From an uncultured virus (IMG/VR IMGVR_UViG_3300030390_001073) (lineage: Duplodnaviria > Heunggongvirae > Uroviricota > Caudoviricetes), in IMG/VR virus record IMGVR_UViG_3300030390_001073: DNA of 20,000 bases; one strand, written 5' to 3'. Shown in pieces: positions 5,888 to 15,500 of the stretch. The notes under the pieces were generated by a model that saw only the letters and a list, made by a program, of their open reading frames with translations, was not told where the DNA came from and made no database searches. Position 1 is the stretch's first letter. Every line of letters begins with the position of its first letter. A program made the position numbers and the translations under genes.

Positions 5888-8308
5888 ATGACACACAAAG
5901 TAACAATCTTCAAAAATATCAAAGAAACTATTGCACCTTACCATGTAGAAATCGATGTTATACTAAACAGAATAAGGGAAGGGTCTGATTCTAAGGCACT
6001 TGTGCAACAAATAAGAAAACTAAAGAAAAAAGCTGAAAGAAACGAGATAAAAAAACTATTACCTGCGATTTGTTTTTCAGGTGTTTTTAACAAACGTACT
6101 GATGCATCAATCGTTCAGCATAGTGGATTTATCTGCTTGGATTTTGATGGCTATCCTAACTTTAAAACACTAATGCAAGACAAGGAAAGTTTATCCAACA
6201 ACAAATTTGTGTACGCTGTATTTATATCTCCATCAGGAAATGGATTAAAAGTTTTAATTAAGATTCCTGCTGATGCAGAGAATCACACTAAATACTTTAA
6301 CTCATTAGAGAAGTATTTTAACTCTGAATACTTTGACAAGACTTGTAAAAATATATCAAGGGTTTGTTATGAATCATATGACCCAATAATTTTCATCAAT
6401 AAAAATTCTAAACTTTGGGATAAGATTGAAGAAGAAGAATATGTAGAGGTAAATGTAAACAAAGACCCATTGACAATTCCTATTACTGATGAAAACAAAA
6501 TAGTAGATATATTATTAAAGTGGTGGACTAAAAAATATCCTATGTCATCAGGGCAAAGAAATCAAAACACTTTTGTTCTAGCATCAGCTTTAAATGATTT
6601 TGGAATAAATAAAAGTTTAGCTTCTTATGTGCTTGGACAATTTAGTACAAAAGATTTTCCAACAAGAGAGATAGAAAGAACTATTGACTCAGCTTATTCT
6701 AATACAGCTAATTTTGGAACTAAGTTTTATATGGATGAGGATAGGGTTAACTCTGTTAAAGCAAAACTAAGAAGAGGTGTATCAAAAAAAGAAATTAGAA
6801 ATCAATTAGAAGAATCTAATTTAGACTCAAAAATTATAGACTCAGTATTAAACAAAGCTGAAGAATCTAACAACAATCAAACTTTTTGGGTTAAAAACGA
6901 TAAGGGAACTATAAAAATAGTTCATGTTTTATTTAAAGAATACTTAGAAGATAATGGGTTCTATAAATTTTGTCCTGAAGGTAGTAAAAATTACGTCTTT
7001 GTTCGAGTACAGAACAACCTCATAGACCATACTACTGAAAAAGAAATTAAAGATTTTATATTAAGTGGATTGATTGAGTTGGATGATTTGTCGATTTATA
7101 ATTATTTTGCTGACCAAACAAGATTTTTTAAAGATGAATTTCTTACACTTTTATCTTCTGTTAATATATATTTTATAGCCGACAGCAAAGATACTTCGTA
7201 TTTGTATTATAAAAATTGTGCTGTTAAGATAACTAAAGGTTCGTTGACTATGATAGACTATATTGATTTAGGAGGTTTTGTTTGGAAAGACCATGTTATT
7301 GATAGAGACTTCAACGAATGTTCTATTGATAGCTGTGATTATAAAAAATTCATAGAAAACATATGTGCAAAGAATGAAAGCAGAATAAAATCTATGGAAT
7401 CTACAATTGGATTTCTAATGCATGGTTATAAAAACTTATCATTTTGTCCTGCTGTAATTCTTAATGATGAGGTAATTAGTGACAATCCTGAAGGAGGAAC
7501 AGGTAAAGGGTTGTTTATGAATGCATTATCACACATGAAAAAATTAGTGACTATTGATGGTAAGAGCTTTACATTTGAGCGTTCTTTTGCATATCAATTA
7601 GTTTCAGCTGATACACAGATATTATGCTTTGATGATGTAAAAAAATATTTTGACTTTGAAAGGCTGTTCAGCTTAATTACTGAAGGTCTTACGCTTGAGA
7701 AGAAAAACAAGGATGCAATTAAGATACCATTCTCAAAGTCACCTAAGATAGCCATCACTACGAACTATGCAATTAAGGGAGCAGGTAATTCATTTGCAAG
7801 AAGAAAGTGGGAATTGGAACTACATCAGTATTATAACAAAGCATTCACTCCTTTAGATGAATTCGGAAAATTAATGTTTGGTGATTGGGATGAAGATATG
7901 TGGTGTGAGTTTGATAACTATATGATTAAATGTTTACAGCTTTATTTAGAAAACGGATTAATGCAGTCTGTGTTTGTTAATCTTAAAGTAAGACAGCTTT
8001 CAGCTGAAACTTCTCATGACTTTATAGAATGGTGTGGACTGATTACAGGGCATGAACCAAACGATTTATTAAGAACACATGTGCAAATTCGTAAGCAAGA
8101 CTTATACTTTAATTTTATAGAGGAGAATCCTGACTATGGACCTAAAGCTAAAATGACAATATCACGAACAAGATTTTATAAATGGCTAACTGCATATGCA
8201 ATTTTTAAGCAAGGTGTTCCTCCTGAAGAAGGAAGAGATGCAGCAGGCAAGTGGATTAGATTTAGAAACAAACATGAATTAGAGTATAATGCAAAAATAG
8301 ATATATAA
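5888..8308 (+). CDS. Primase-helicase: BT4734/VirE-N-like primase domain, PriCT-like domain and P-loop helicase
   Basis: LPAICFSG, HSGFICLDFD, FISPSGNGLKV and DKTCKNISRVCYESYDP (BT4734-like); GQRNQNTF (PriCT); Walker A EGGTGKG; Walker B LCFDDV; motif C ITTN. Confidence 0.85.
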   Translation: MTHKVTIFKNIKETIAPYHVEIDVILNRIREGSDSKALVQQIRKLKKKAERNEIKKLLPAICFSGVFNKRTDASIVQHSGFICLDFDGYPNFKTLMQDKESLSNNKFVYAVFISPSGNGLKVLIKIPADAENHTKYFNSLEKYFNSEYFDKTCKNISRVCYESYDPIIFINKNSKLWDKIEEEEYVEVNVNKDPLTIPITDENKIVDILLKWWTKKYPMSSGQRNQNTFVLASALNDFGINKSLASYVLGQFSTKDFPTREIERTIDSAYSNTANFGTKFYMDEDRVNSVKAKLRRGVSKKEIRNQLEESNLDSKIIDSVLNKAEESNNNQTFWVKNDKGTIKIVHVLFKEYLEDNGFYKFCPEGSKNYVFVRVQNNLIDHTTEKEIKDFILSGLIELDDLSIYNYFADQTRFFKDEFLTLLSSVNIYFIADSKDTSYLYYKNCAVKITKGSLTMIDYIDLGGFVWKDHVIDRDFNECSIDSCDYKKFIENICAKNESRIKSMESTIGFLMHGYKNLSFCPAVILNDEVISDNPEGGTGKGLFMNALSHMKKLVTIDGKSFTFERSFAYQLVSADTQILCFDDVKKYFDFERLFSLITEGLTLEKKNKDAIKIPFSKSPKIAITTNYAIKGAGNSFARRKWELELHQYYNKAFTPLDEFGKLMFGDWDEDMWCEFDNYMIKCLQLYLENGLMQSVFVNLKVRQLSAETSHDFIEWCGLITGHEPNDLLRTHVQIRKQDLYFNFIEENPDYGPKAKMTISRTRFYKWLTAYAIFKQGVPPEEGRDAAGKWIRFRNKHELEYNAKIDI

Positions 8309-8556
8309 TGGATGATGATGAAATGGTACATAAAGCCATGTTAAATTCATATAATTTAATTATCAATGATATTTATATAGATGTAAAAAACATATCAAAA
8401 GATGGTTGGTTTGCTCATGATGTAAATAATCCATTAAAAAAAGATGTATTAGAAAACATGTTGGAGTATTTTATGGAAGTAGAAGAATATGAAAAGTGCC
8501 AAGACATTAAGATTGTTTTAGACGATTGGACAAACAATAAGTATAGAAAAATATGA
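8308..8556 (+). CDS. Hypothetical protein with a UVR-like helical hairpin
   Basis: LEYFMEVEEYEKCQDIK resembles a UvrB/UvrC-type hairpin; overlaps both neighbours. Confidence 0.65.
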   Translation: MDDDEMVHKAMLNSYNLIINDIYIDVKNISKDGWFAHDVNNPLKKDVLENMLEYFMEVEEYEKCQDIKIVLDDWTNNKYRKI

Positions 8557-9782
8557 AACTCAGACCATATCAAAAGACAATCATAGAGCTTGGAAAACAA
8601 ACTCTTTTAACTAAGGGTTTTGTATACCTAGCTATGGAAGTTAGAACAGGTAAAACTCTTACAAGTTTAGGAATTGCTGAGAAAGTAAAAGCAAAAAATG
8701 TTTTGTTTATTACTAAAAAAAAAGCAATCTCAAGTATAGAAGATGACTTTCAGCTTTTAAAACCTAACTATGATTTAACAACTATTAACTATGAAAGTTT
8801 ACACAAATTACCTAAAATTAAATGGGATGTTATTGTATGTGATGAAGCTCATTCAATGGGAGCTTTTCCAAAACCAAGCAAAAGAGCTAAACAAGTTAAG
8901 GTGTTAATTCAAGGATGTAATCCTTATGTTATTTTATTGTCAGGAACTCCAACTCCTGAATCTTTTAGTCAGATGTATCATCAAGTCTTTGGAATACCAA
9001 ACAATCCTTTTTCTAAATACAAAAATTTTTATAGGTTTTCAGATGACTATGTTAATGTTGTTGTAAAACCTATTGGAGGTTTACAAATTAGAGACTATTC
9101 TAAAGGTCATGAAAACATAATCAACAAAATGCAACCCTGTATGATAAATTTTTCACAAAAAAATGCAGGGTTTAAAGTTGAAACAACCGAAGAAATTTTG
9201 TATGTTAGCTTACAGGAATCAACTTACGAGTTAGCAAAGAAATTAAAAAAACATTTAGTAGTAGAAGGAAAGACAGAAACGTTAATGGGAGACACACCTG
9301 TAAAACTTATGTCAAAACTTCATCAGATTTACTCAGGAACTGTTAAATTTGAAAGTGGTAACTCAATGGTTCTAGACTTATCTAAAGCAAGATTTATTAA
9401 AAATAAATTTGCAAATAAAAAGATTGCTATCTTTTATAAGTTTAAGGAAGAACTAAATGCTATTAAGGAAGTTTATGGGGAGACCATTTCAACGGAATTA
9501 AGCGTTTTCAAAGAAACCGATAAAAGTATAGCATTACAGATTGTTAGTGGGAGGGAAGGTATTAGTCTAAAGGAAGCCAATGCATTAGTTTACTATAACA
9601 TTGATTTTTCAGCCACCTCCTATTGGCAGTCTAGGGATAGAATGACAACTAAAAATAGATTAAAAAATAATGTGTATTGGATATTTTCTGACAAAGGAAT
9701 AGAAAACAAAATATATAAAGCAGTAACCCGTAAGAAGGATTATACTTTAAAACATTTCAAAAGAGATTTCTTAAATTTGTAA
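8553..9782 (+). CDS. SF2 (SNF2-like, DEAH) DNA helicase
   Basis: LRPYQ Q-motif, VRTGKT, CDEAH, LSGTP, SGREGISL and QSRDR. Confidence 0.88.
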   Translation: MKLRPYQKTIIELGKQTLLTKGFVYLAMEVRTGKTLTSLGIAEKVKAKNVLFITKKKAISSIEDDFQLLKPNYDLTTINYESLHKLPKIKWDVIVCDEAHSMGAFPKPSKRAKQVKVLIQGCNPYVILLSGTPTPESFSQMYHQVFGIPNNPFSKYKNFYRFSDDYVNVVVKPIGGLQIRDYSKGHENIINKMQPCMINFSQKNAGFKVETTEEILYVSLQESTYELAKKLKKHLVVEGKTETLMGDTPVKLMSKLHQIYSGTVKFESGNSMVLDLSKARFIKNKFANKKIAIFYKFKEELNAIKEVYGETISTELSVFKETDKSIALQIVSGREGISLKEANALVYYNIDFSATSYWQSRDRMTTKNRLKNNVYWIFSDKGIENKIYKAVTRKKDYTLKHFKRDFLNL

Positions 9783-9783
9783 A

Positions 9784-9966
9784 ATGAGGTTCGTAAGGTT
9801 TTTGGTAATTTGGATAAGTCAAAACCTTGCAATTCCTTTTTGGGTAGTAGGTCATATACACCTATCAATCCATAACTACCATGATGCAATAGAAATTATA
9901 TCATCACTTAGTATGAATATAATTGTGTTTATTGGACTCTTAGAGGATTATAGAAAAAACGGATGA
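9784..9966 (+). CDS. Small membrane protein
   Basis: Two hydrophobic segments with a His-rich loop; ATGA overlap with the VRR-NUC gene. Confidence 0.65.
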   Translation: MRFVRFLVIWISQNLAIPFWVVGHIHLSIHNYHDAIEIISSLSMNIIVFIGLLEDYRKNG

Positions 9967-10205
9967 CTGAACAACAGATACAAAGTAAAAGAATAAAAGA
10001 ACTCGAAGCAAAAGGATATTATGTTTTAAAATTAGTGAAGACTAATAAAAACGGAATACCGGATTTAGTAGCAATACCACCTAATTCCCAAGTTTTGTTT
10101 AGTGAGGTAAAGACAGCGAAGGGAAGGCTGTCAACATTACAGAAATATAGATTAAAAGAATTAGAAGAACATGGATGCATCACAGAAGTTTTTAGAGGAG
10201 ATTGA
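9963..10205 (+). CDS. VRR-NUC domain nuclease (putative Holliday-junction resolvase)
   Basis: MTEQQIQ, GIPDL, FSEVKT..GRLS.LQ motifs. Confidence 0.85.
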   Translation: MTEQQIQSKRIKELEAKGYYVLKLVKTNKNGIPDLVAIPPNSQVLFSEVKTAKGRLSTLQKYRLKELEEHGCITEVFRGD

Positions 10206-10545
10206 ATATTTAATGCAAGATGGCATCAGTCATTACGAATATGAAGATGAAGTTGCAGATGCATTACGAGATATGCCGGAAGATTATAGCATACCAATAA
10301 TAGTTTTGTTGGAAAGCAATATACATCTCCTTCCAAAAGTAGAAGGATACACACAAATGATATCCGGAGTATTACGCTACGAAGAACCTTATTTTTTTGA
10401 GATTGAATATATCAATCAACCAAATGAATTTCCTATATTTATAGATATTAATCCCATTAAAGTTGACAGGTACTTGGATTACATTAATTCAAATCAAATT
10501 TTAAAAGCAAATGAATCAATACTACAAAGAATCTACAAAAGTTAG
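10171..10545 (+). CDS. Acidic hypothetical protein (start may be 10213)
   Basis: 124-aa ORF that fills the gap between neighbours. Confidence 0.65.
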   Translation: MDASQKFLEEIEYLMQDGISHYEYEDEVADALRDMPEDYSIPIIVLLESNIHLLPKVEGYTQMISGVLRYEEPYFFEIEYINQPNEFPIFIDINPIKVDRYLDYINSNQILKANESILQRIYKS

Positions 10546-11047
10546 CATATATAAAAGAATTATAAAACAAGTTTTTAACATTAGTTTAGATACCAAAGGA
10601 AGAGTAAGAAATTTAGTAGATGCTCGTATGGTTTTTACTAAATTAATGAGAGATGAAAAATCAACATATCAATCAATTGCATTTCATTTAAACCTAGAAA
10701 GTCATGCATCTGTTATTCATTACTACAAGTCTATACAGTTTTTATTATCACACGACAAAGAGTTAAAAAGAAAGTACGATATGTGTGTTAGATTGTATAA
10801 TTTAACAGACCCTGCACTTGATATATTGAAACCTGACGAGCTAAAAAACAGATGTTTGAATTTGGAAGATAAAAATAAATTGTTATCTTTAGAGTTAGAG
10901 ATACTTAAAAAGCAACTACAAGAAACTTCTAGTCAAGAAAAAAGGTTCAAAAGCCTGTTTGACATGATAAGGACTCGCACTAAACCTAATACAGAAAAGG
11001 TAATAGAAAAAAAATTAAATACTATATTCAATGGGATATATGATTAG
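10511..11047 (+). CDS. Second DnaA domain IV-like HTH protein with a coiled-coil C-terminus
   Basis: KGRVRNLVDARMVF...TYQSIA...SHASVIHY pattern; heptad-like LEDKNKLLSLELEILKKQL. Confidence 0.7.
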   Translation: MNQYYKESTKVSIYKRIIKQVFNISLDTKGRVRNLVDARMVFTKLMRDEKSTYQSIAFHLNLESHASVIHYYKSIQFLLSHDKELKRKYDMCVRLYNLTDPALDILKPDELKNRCLNLEDKNKLLSLELEILKKQLQETSSQEKRFKSLFDMIRTRTKPNTEKVIEKKLNTIFNGIYD

Positions 11048-11063
11048 CAACATGGATTAAATT

Positions 11064-11252
11064 ATGCCTTTAAAAGGAGTAGATTTTGAACGTTTAAAAC
11101 ACATCAACTTTGTGATGAACGAAATTCATGACTCTAACAATGAAATATATGAGCTTCTCGTAGAACAACAATATCCTGAATTAAGAGTAGAAGTTTTAAA
11201 TAACATTAGAATGTTGCGTTCTATATTAGAAAACATGGAAGATGAAATTTAA
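11064..11252 (+). CDS. Small helical hypothetical protein
   Basis: 62-aa ORF with leader TAAATT-ATG. Confidence 0.7.
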   Translation: MPLKGVDFERLKHINFVMNEIHDSNNEIYELLVEQQYPELRVEVLNNIRMLRSILENMEDEI

Positions 11253-11991
11253 TCAACCAACAGGAGACAAATATACTAATGATGAAATAAGACCACGACT
11301 AAGTGGAAACAAAAGATTATCCTATGAAAATTTAAACAGGGATGAAAGAAGAATTTTAGTTATAGGAGACTTACATGCTCCATTTGTTTTAAAAGGATAT
11401 TTAGAATTTTGCAAAGAAGTATATGCAAACTACAATTGCAACCAAGTAATTTATATTGGAGATATTTTGGATAATCATGCATTTTCATATCATGAGCCAA
11501 CTCCGGACGGTTATTCAGCCGGCAATGAATTATCTTTAGCAATAGAAACAGTAAAGAAATGGTACAAAGCGTTCCCTGTAGCTGATGTTTGCATCGGAAA
11601 TCATGATAGGATGGCTGCAAGGAAGGCAATGTCAGGGGGTATACCTTCGGCATGGATTAAGTCTTATAACGCAGTATTAGGCACTCCTAATTGGAATTGG
11701 GTAGAGTCTATTGCCTATGATAATGTGCTTTATGAGCATGGAGAAGGAGGTCAGGCTGCTAGAAAGGCACAGCAAAATATGATGTCAAGTGTTTGCGGTC
11801 ATACACATACCTCTGCTTATGTCCAATGGTTCGTTGGAAAAAACTTTCGAGTCTTTGCGATGCAATCCGGCTGTGGTGTGGACTCTAAAAGCTATGCATC
11901 TGCATATGCTAAAAATTTTAAAAAACAAGCTATTGGATGCGGAGTTGTTCTCGGTGGTCACACAGCTATAAGTAAAATGATGGAATTATGA
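11242..11991 (+). CDS. Calcineurin-like metallophosphoesterase
   Basis: All five motifs are present: GDLH, GDILD, GNHD, HG and GHTH. Confidence 0.9.
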   Translation: MKFNQPTGDKYTNDEIRPRLSGNKRLSYENLNRDERRILVIGDLHAPFVLKGYLEFCKEVYANYNCNQVIYIGDILDNHAFSYHEPTPDGYSAGNELSLAIETVKKWYKAFPVADVCIGNHDRMAARKAMSGGIPSAWIKSYNAVLGTPNWNWVESIAYDNVLYEHGEGGQAARKAQQNMMSSVCGHTHTSAYVQWFVGKNFRVFAMQSGCGVDSKSYASAYAKNFKKQAIGCGVVLGGHTAISKMMEL

Positions 11992-12152
11992 TATGTCCTA
12001 AATGTAAAGAAAAACTATTGTGGGGTGGCGAACACGACTCTGACTATGATGATGATGCAGGTGGCATAGTAGGTAACTATACCTGTACAAATGAAGAATG
12101 TGATGTAGATAGTGTATACATATACACTAAATTTGATATAGATGAGGTTTGA
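11988..12152 (+). CDS. Small zinc-ribbon protein, 54 aa (missing from the ORF track)
   Basis: Translated by hand: MICPKCKEKLLWGGEHDSDYDDDAGGIVGNYTCTNEECDVDSVYIYTKFDIDEV*. CxxC...CxxxxC; ATGA overlap with the upstream gene. Confidence 0.75.
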   Translation: MICPKCKEKLLWGGEHDSDYDDDAGGIVGNYTCTNEECDVDSVYIYTKFDIDEV

Positions 12153-12555
12153 AAATGAAAAAGATTTAGAAAGAGAGAAGAAAGCTATCAAGACATTTGT
12201 AACAGAATTTAATGGTAGCTTTAAAAAACTTGATGACAACGATATAGACTTTAAAATTTTTGATAGTAAAGGAAATCATATAGCTTATGCAGAAGTAAAA
12301 GGAAGATTAAAAAGTATAAAAGATGCCTACCCTTTACCTGTAGCAGCTAGAAAACTTGTAAAACTTGCTGATAAAAGATTAAATCCTGTTATGATTTGGA
12401 GTTGTTTTGATGGAATAATATACTGTCAAGTAAAACATATGAGAGGGTTAGTAACATGGGGAGGAAGAAAACCACGAACACATTCATATAACGACCAAGA
12501 ACTAATGATTTATTTTAACAAGAAAGATTCTCCCTTTAAAATTATTTCTTTTTAA
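12142..12555 (+). CDS. PD-(D/E)XK superfamily nuclease-like protein
   Basis: N-terminal helix with RE, then IDFKI...AYAEVKGR (D...EvK). Confidence 0.65.
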   Translation: MRFENEKDLEREKKAIKTFVTEFNGSFKKLDDNDIDFKIFDSKGNHIAYAEVKGRLKSIKDAYPLPVAARKLVKLADKRLNPVMIWSCFDGIIYCQVKHMRGLVTWGGRKPRTHSYNDQELMIYFNKKDSPFKIISF

Positions 12556-15500
12556 GTTTTTCTTTTAACTTTCTCTTTTCAGCATCTAAATTTTTAACTG
12601 TTTCATAAAGTTTTGGATTAAACTCTTTAAGTATTTTCCTGCTTATTCCTTTGCCACTTCCCTTTTTAGTTCCACGCTTTCCTGATGCAGGTCTGCCACC
12701 TTGAGGTACACCCAATATATCATAGATATATTGTTCAGTATCTTCGCCATTCATTATTATATTAACACCACCTTCAAAGAAGTCAAATTGAAATCCTGCC
12801 AAAAATTCTGCAGCAGGTTTTAAACCTTTTAATACCTCATTATCTCCAAACTGTCTCATCATTTCTCGAGTTATTCTTTCAACAGGTTCAACTGTAGATT
12901 GATTTCTCTCAAAAGCAGTCATTTTTCTTCCTTTTACCATATAAAAAAGAAATGAATTTATTGTACCTCCTAATACAGGAACTTGTTCTAGTTGTGATGC
13001 ACCATACATAGCTAATTTTATTTTGTCATAAGCTTTTTCTTTCTCTTTGTCATCACCCCTCATTAAAACAAACATCTGTGATGCCATAACAAAGAACATA
13101 GGTGCTAAAGCTCCTGATAATAATAATCCTCTGACATCTGCTTGATTTACTTTGTTTTCATTAGAAAAAGCTTCTTTAAAATTACCTTTTAGAATTTCTT
13201 CTCCTTGATTACGAAGACTTCTACTAATATTTCTAAATCTCATTGCATTTTCATTCAATAGTAAAAGTAGTGAACTTCCAAATGTAGTAAACAATCGTAA
13301 TAAACCACCTTCCATTTGAAGACCACCTTTATCCATATCTCTTCGAGATTGTTGAGTCATGTTGTATTCAACAAATCTCATGGTAGCATCTATTTCAGAC
13401 ATTCCGTTTGCAATGTCTTGATTATATGTAGCTAAATAACCTAGCACACCCAATATATCTCCTATTGTAGTACCCGCTCCTAAAAAAGCATTTATTTTTT
13501 CACTTAATTGTCTTGGAGTAAGTTCTATTTTATTCAGTCCCGGCAATTTCATAACATACTTAATTCCAAATTCACCAAGAGCTACTTGTGTATTTAAACC
13601 GAGCTTTTGACCTGACTCTAATTCTGCTATACTAGCTCCTGTTAAAGCATCAGCCATTCTTTTTTCAAATCCTGCTGATATTCTTTTAGCTGTTTTCATT
13701 CCACCTTCTTTTCCTAAAGCTGTCATAGCTAAAACTTGAGCATATCTAAACGTAAACATTAATGCATCTAAAGGAAGGGCAGGTAATTCAGCTGCTAAAC
13801 CTGTAATTCCACCTTTTTTTCTAGCTCTTCCTAATGTACCTAAAGCTCCTTTTTGTTCTGTAGTAAAGTTAGTAAACGCCATTATAGATGATGTAAATTG
13901 TTTAGGTATTTGCATCAATTTTAAATTAAGTGTATAAGAGATAAATCCTCCCATTACAAAATTTATTAAAGCATTCATTTGTGTAGAATTACCAAGCGTA
14001 CCATTAATAGAATAATTTAATAATTTATTAACGAGGTCTGTAGTTCCTGTTGCATCTAATAAATTAGCTATAGATGGAGTATTTAAAAGTTTATTAAACA
14101 AAGAAACAGTATCGGCATAAGCTTTATACCTTTCCATTTCTTGAATATGATTGTTTAATTTATTTGTAAAACTAGAATTTAAATCAAGAGGACCTTTCTT
14201 TCCTCTTGTTTTTACACTACCCGGAGAATTGCCTTTAAATGCTGAACCATAATTATTAGGGTTTTGTAAATCTGCTTGTTGACTTTTTCTTGAATCAAAC
14301 TGTACAGCTACAGGAAAATAATCTTGTATTTTTTCAAGAGATACATCATTATTTTTTATATATACATTGTTGACACCTTCAAAATAAGTATTAGTCAACC
14401 ACTCTACAACCCCGTCTACATAGGCAACTAATTTATTTCCTAAATGTTTTTGTATTTGTTCTATAATTTCATCTGTTATGCCTTGTTCTTTTTGACGTTT
14501 TCTTGTGTCATTATTTTTACTATAAGCATACATACTCATTAACATGTCAGCATCAAAAAGTTTTCTTTTACCGTCAATTACTAATTCTAAATTTGGTTTA
14601 CTGTATATTTCTTGTGGTAATCCTACAACTCTACCTTTAGTTATACCGGCTTTTTTTGCTATGTTATCTAATTCAGTATTACTATCTCTTATACCCTCTT
14701 CTCTATTAAAATTAGAAGTTGTCAATCTTTTTTGAAACACTCTAGTAAAGAATTTTCCTTTACGACCATCAAGCATATTAAATACTGTTCCTGTGTGAGA
14801 TAATAGACCATCAAAGAATTGTCTTAACGTTACAGCCGGGTTCACACTTGCACCTATATTTTTATATCCACTAAAAAATTGTTCTGCATAATCTCTTGCA
14901 GTTTGCACAAATCCATTATCTTTTAAAGAAGTTAATATGTTTTTTCTATTATTATTAATTTCTTCAGGAGTTAATGGTCTACCACTTTCATCGAATAAAA
15001 AAGGATTGTCTGCTAAAATATCTTTATCGGCTTCTCTTTCTAGTTTTGCAGCTTCTTTTCTTCTGTTATCAATTCTATCTAAAAGTTTCTTTCTAGATTC
15101 TTTTGTCTCTTCTTTTAAAGCTTGAAACATATCTTCGAGTTCAGCTAAGGACATTTCATTTACATTACCCATTCTTGAATATGCTTCTACTTCGGCTAAA
15201 AGTGTAACTTGGTCTGAATTTAAAATATTTTGAGAATTTAAATCGTCAGCCAAAGCTTCATCTATTTCTGATTCTTTTTTAGCTAGTTCTTCTTGTTTAG
15301 AATTTAATTCATCAGGTGTCATCTGCATTAGTCTATCTACAGCTTTAAAAAACTCCATTCCTCTGTACTCAACAGTTCCTGCTTTAGGTTTCTTAGCACT
15401 TTTTTTAGCTTTACTTTTAGATTTAACGTAATCTGAAATTTTATTTCTTAAATCTTTAATATCTTTTGCTATAATTACATCGGCTATATCTTGAACTTCT

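Noticed and set aside
9772..12135. Extra TAAATTTG -7 elements at 9772-9779 and 12128-12135
   Set aside because: Both lie inside coding sequence and lack a -33 TTTG at the 20-nt spacing; chance matches are likely in AT-rich DNA.
1049..12239. Minus-strand ORFs in the track (1049-1249, 1234-1416, 1278-1532, 1992-2204, 2977-3168, 4226-4459, 4717-4935, 5150-5365, 8415-8600, 11360-11653, 12015-12239) and + strand 11789-11971
   Set aside because: Shadow ORFs overlapping better supported + strand genes, with no recognisable motifs.
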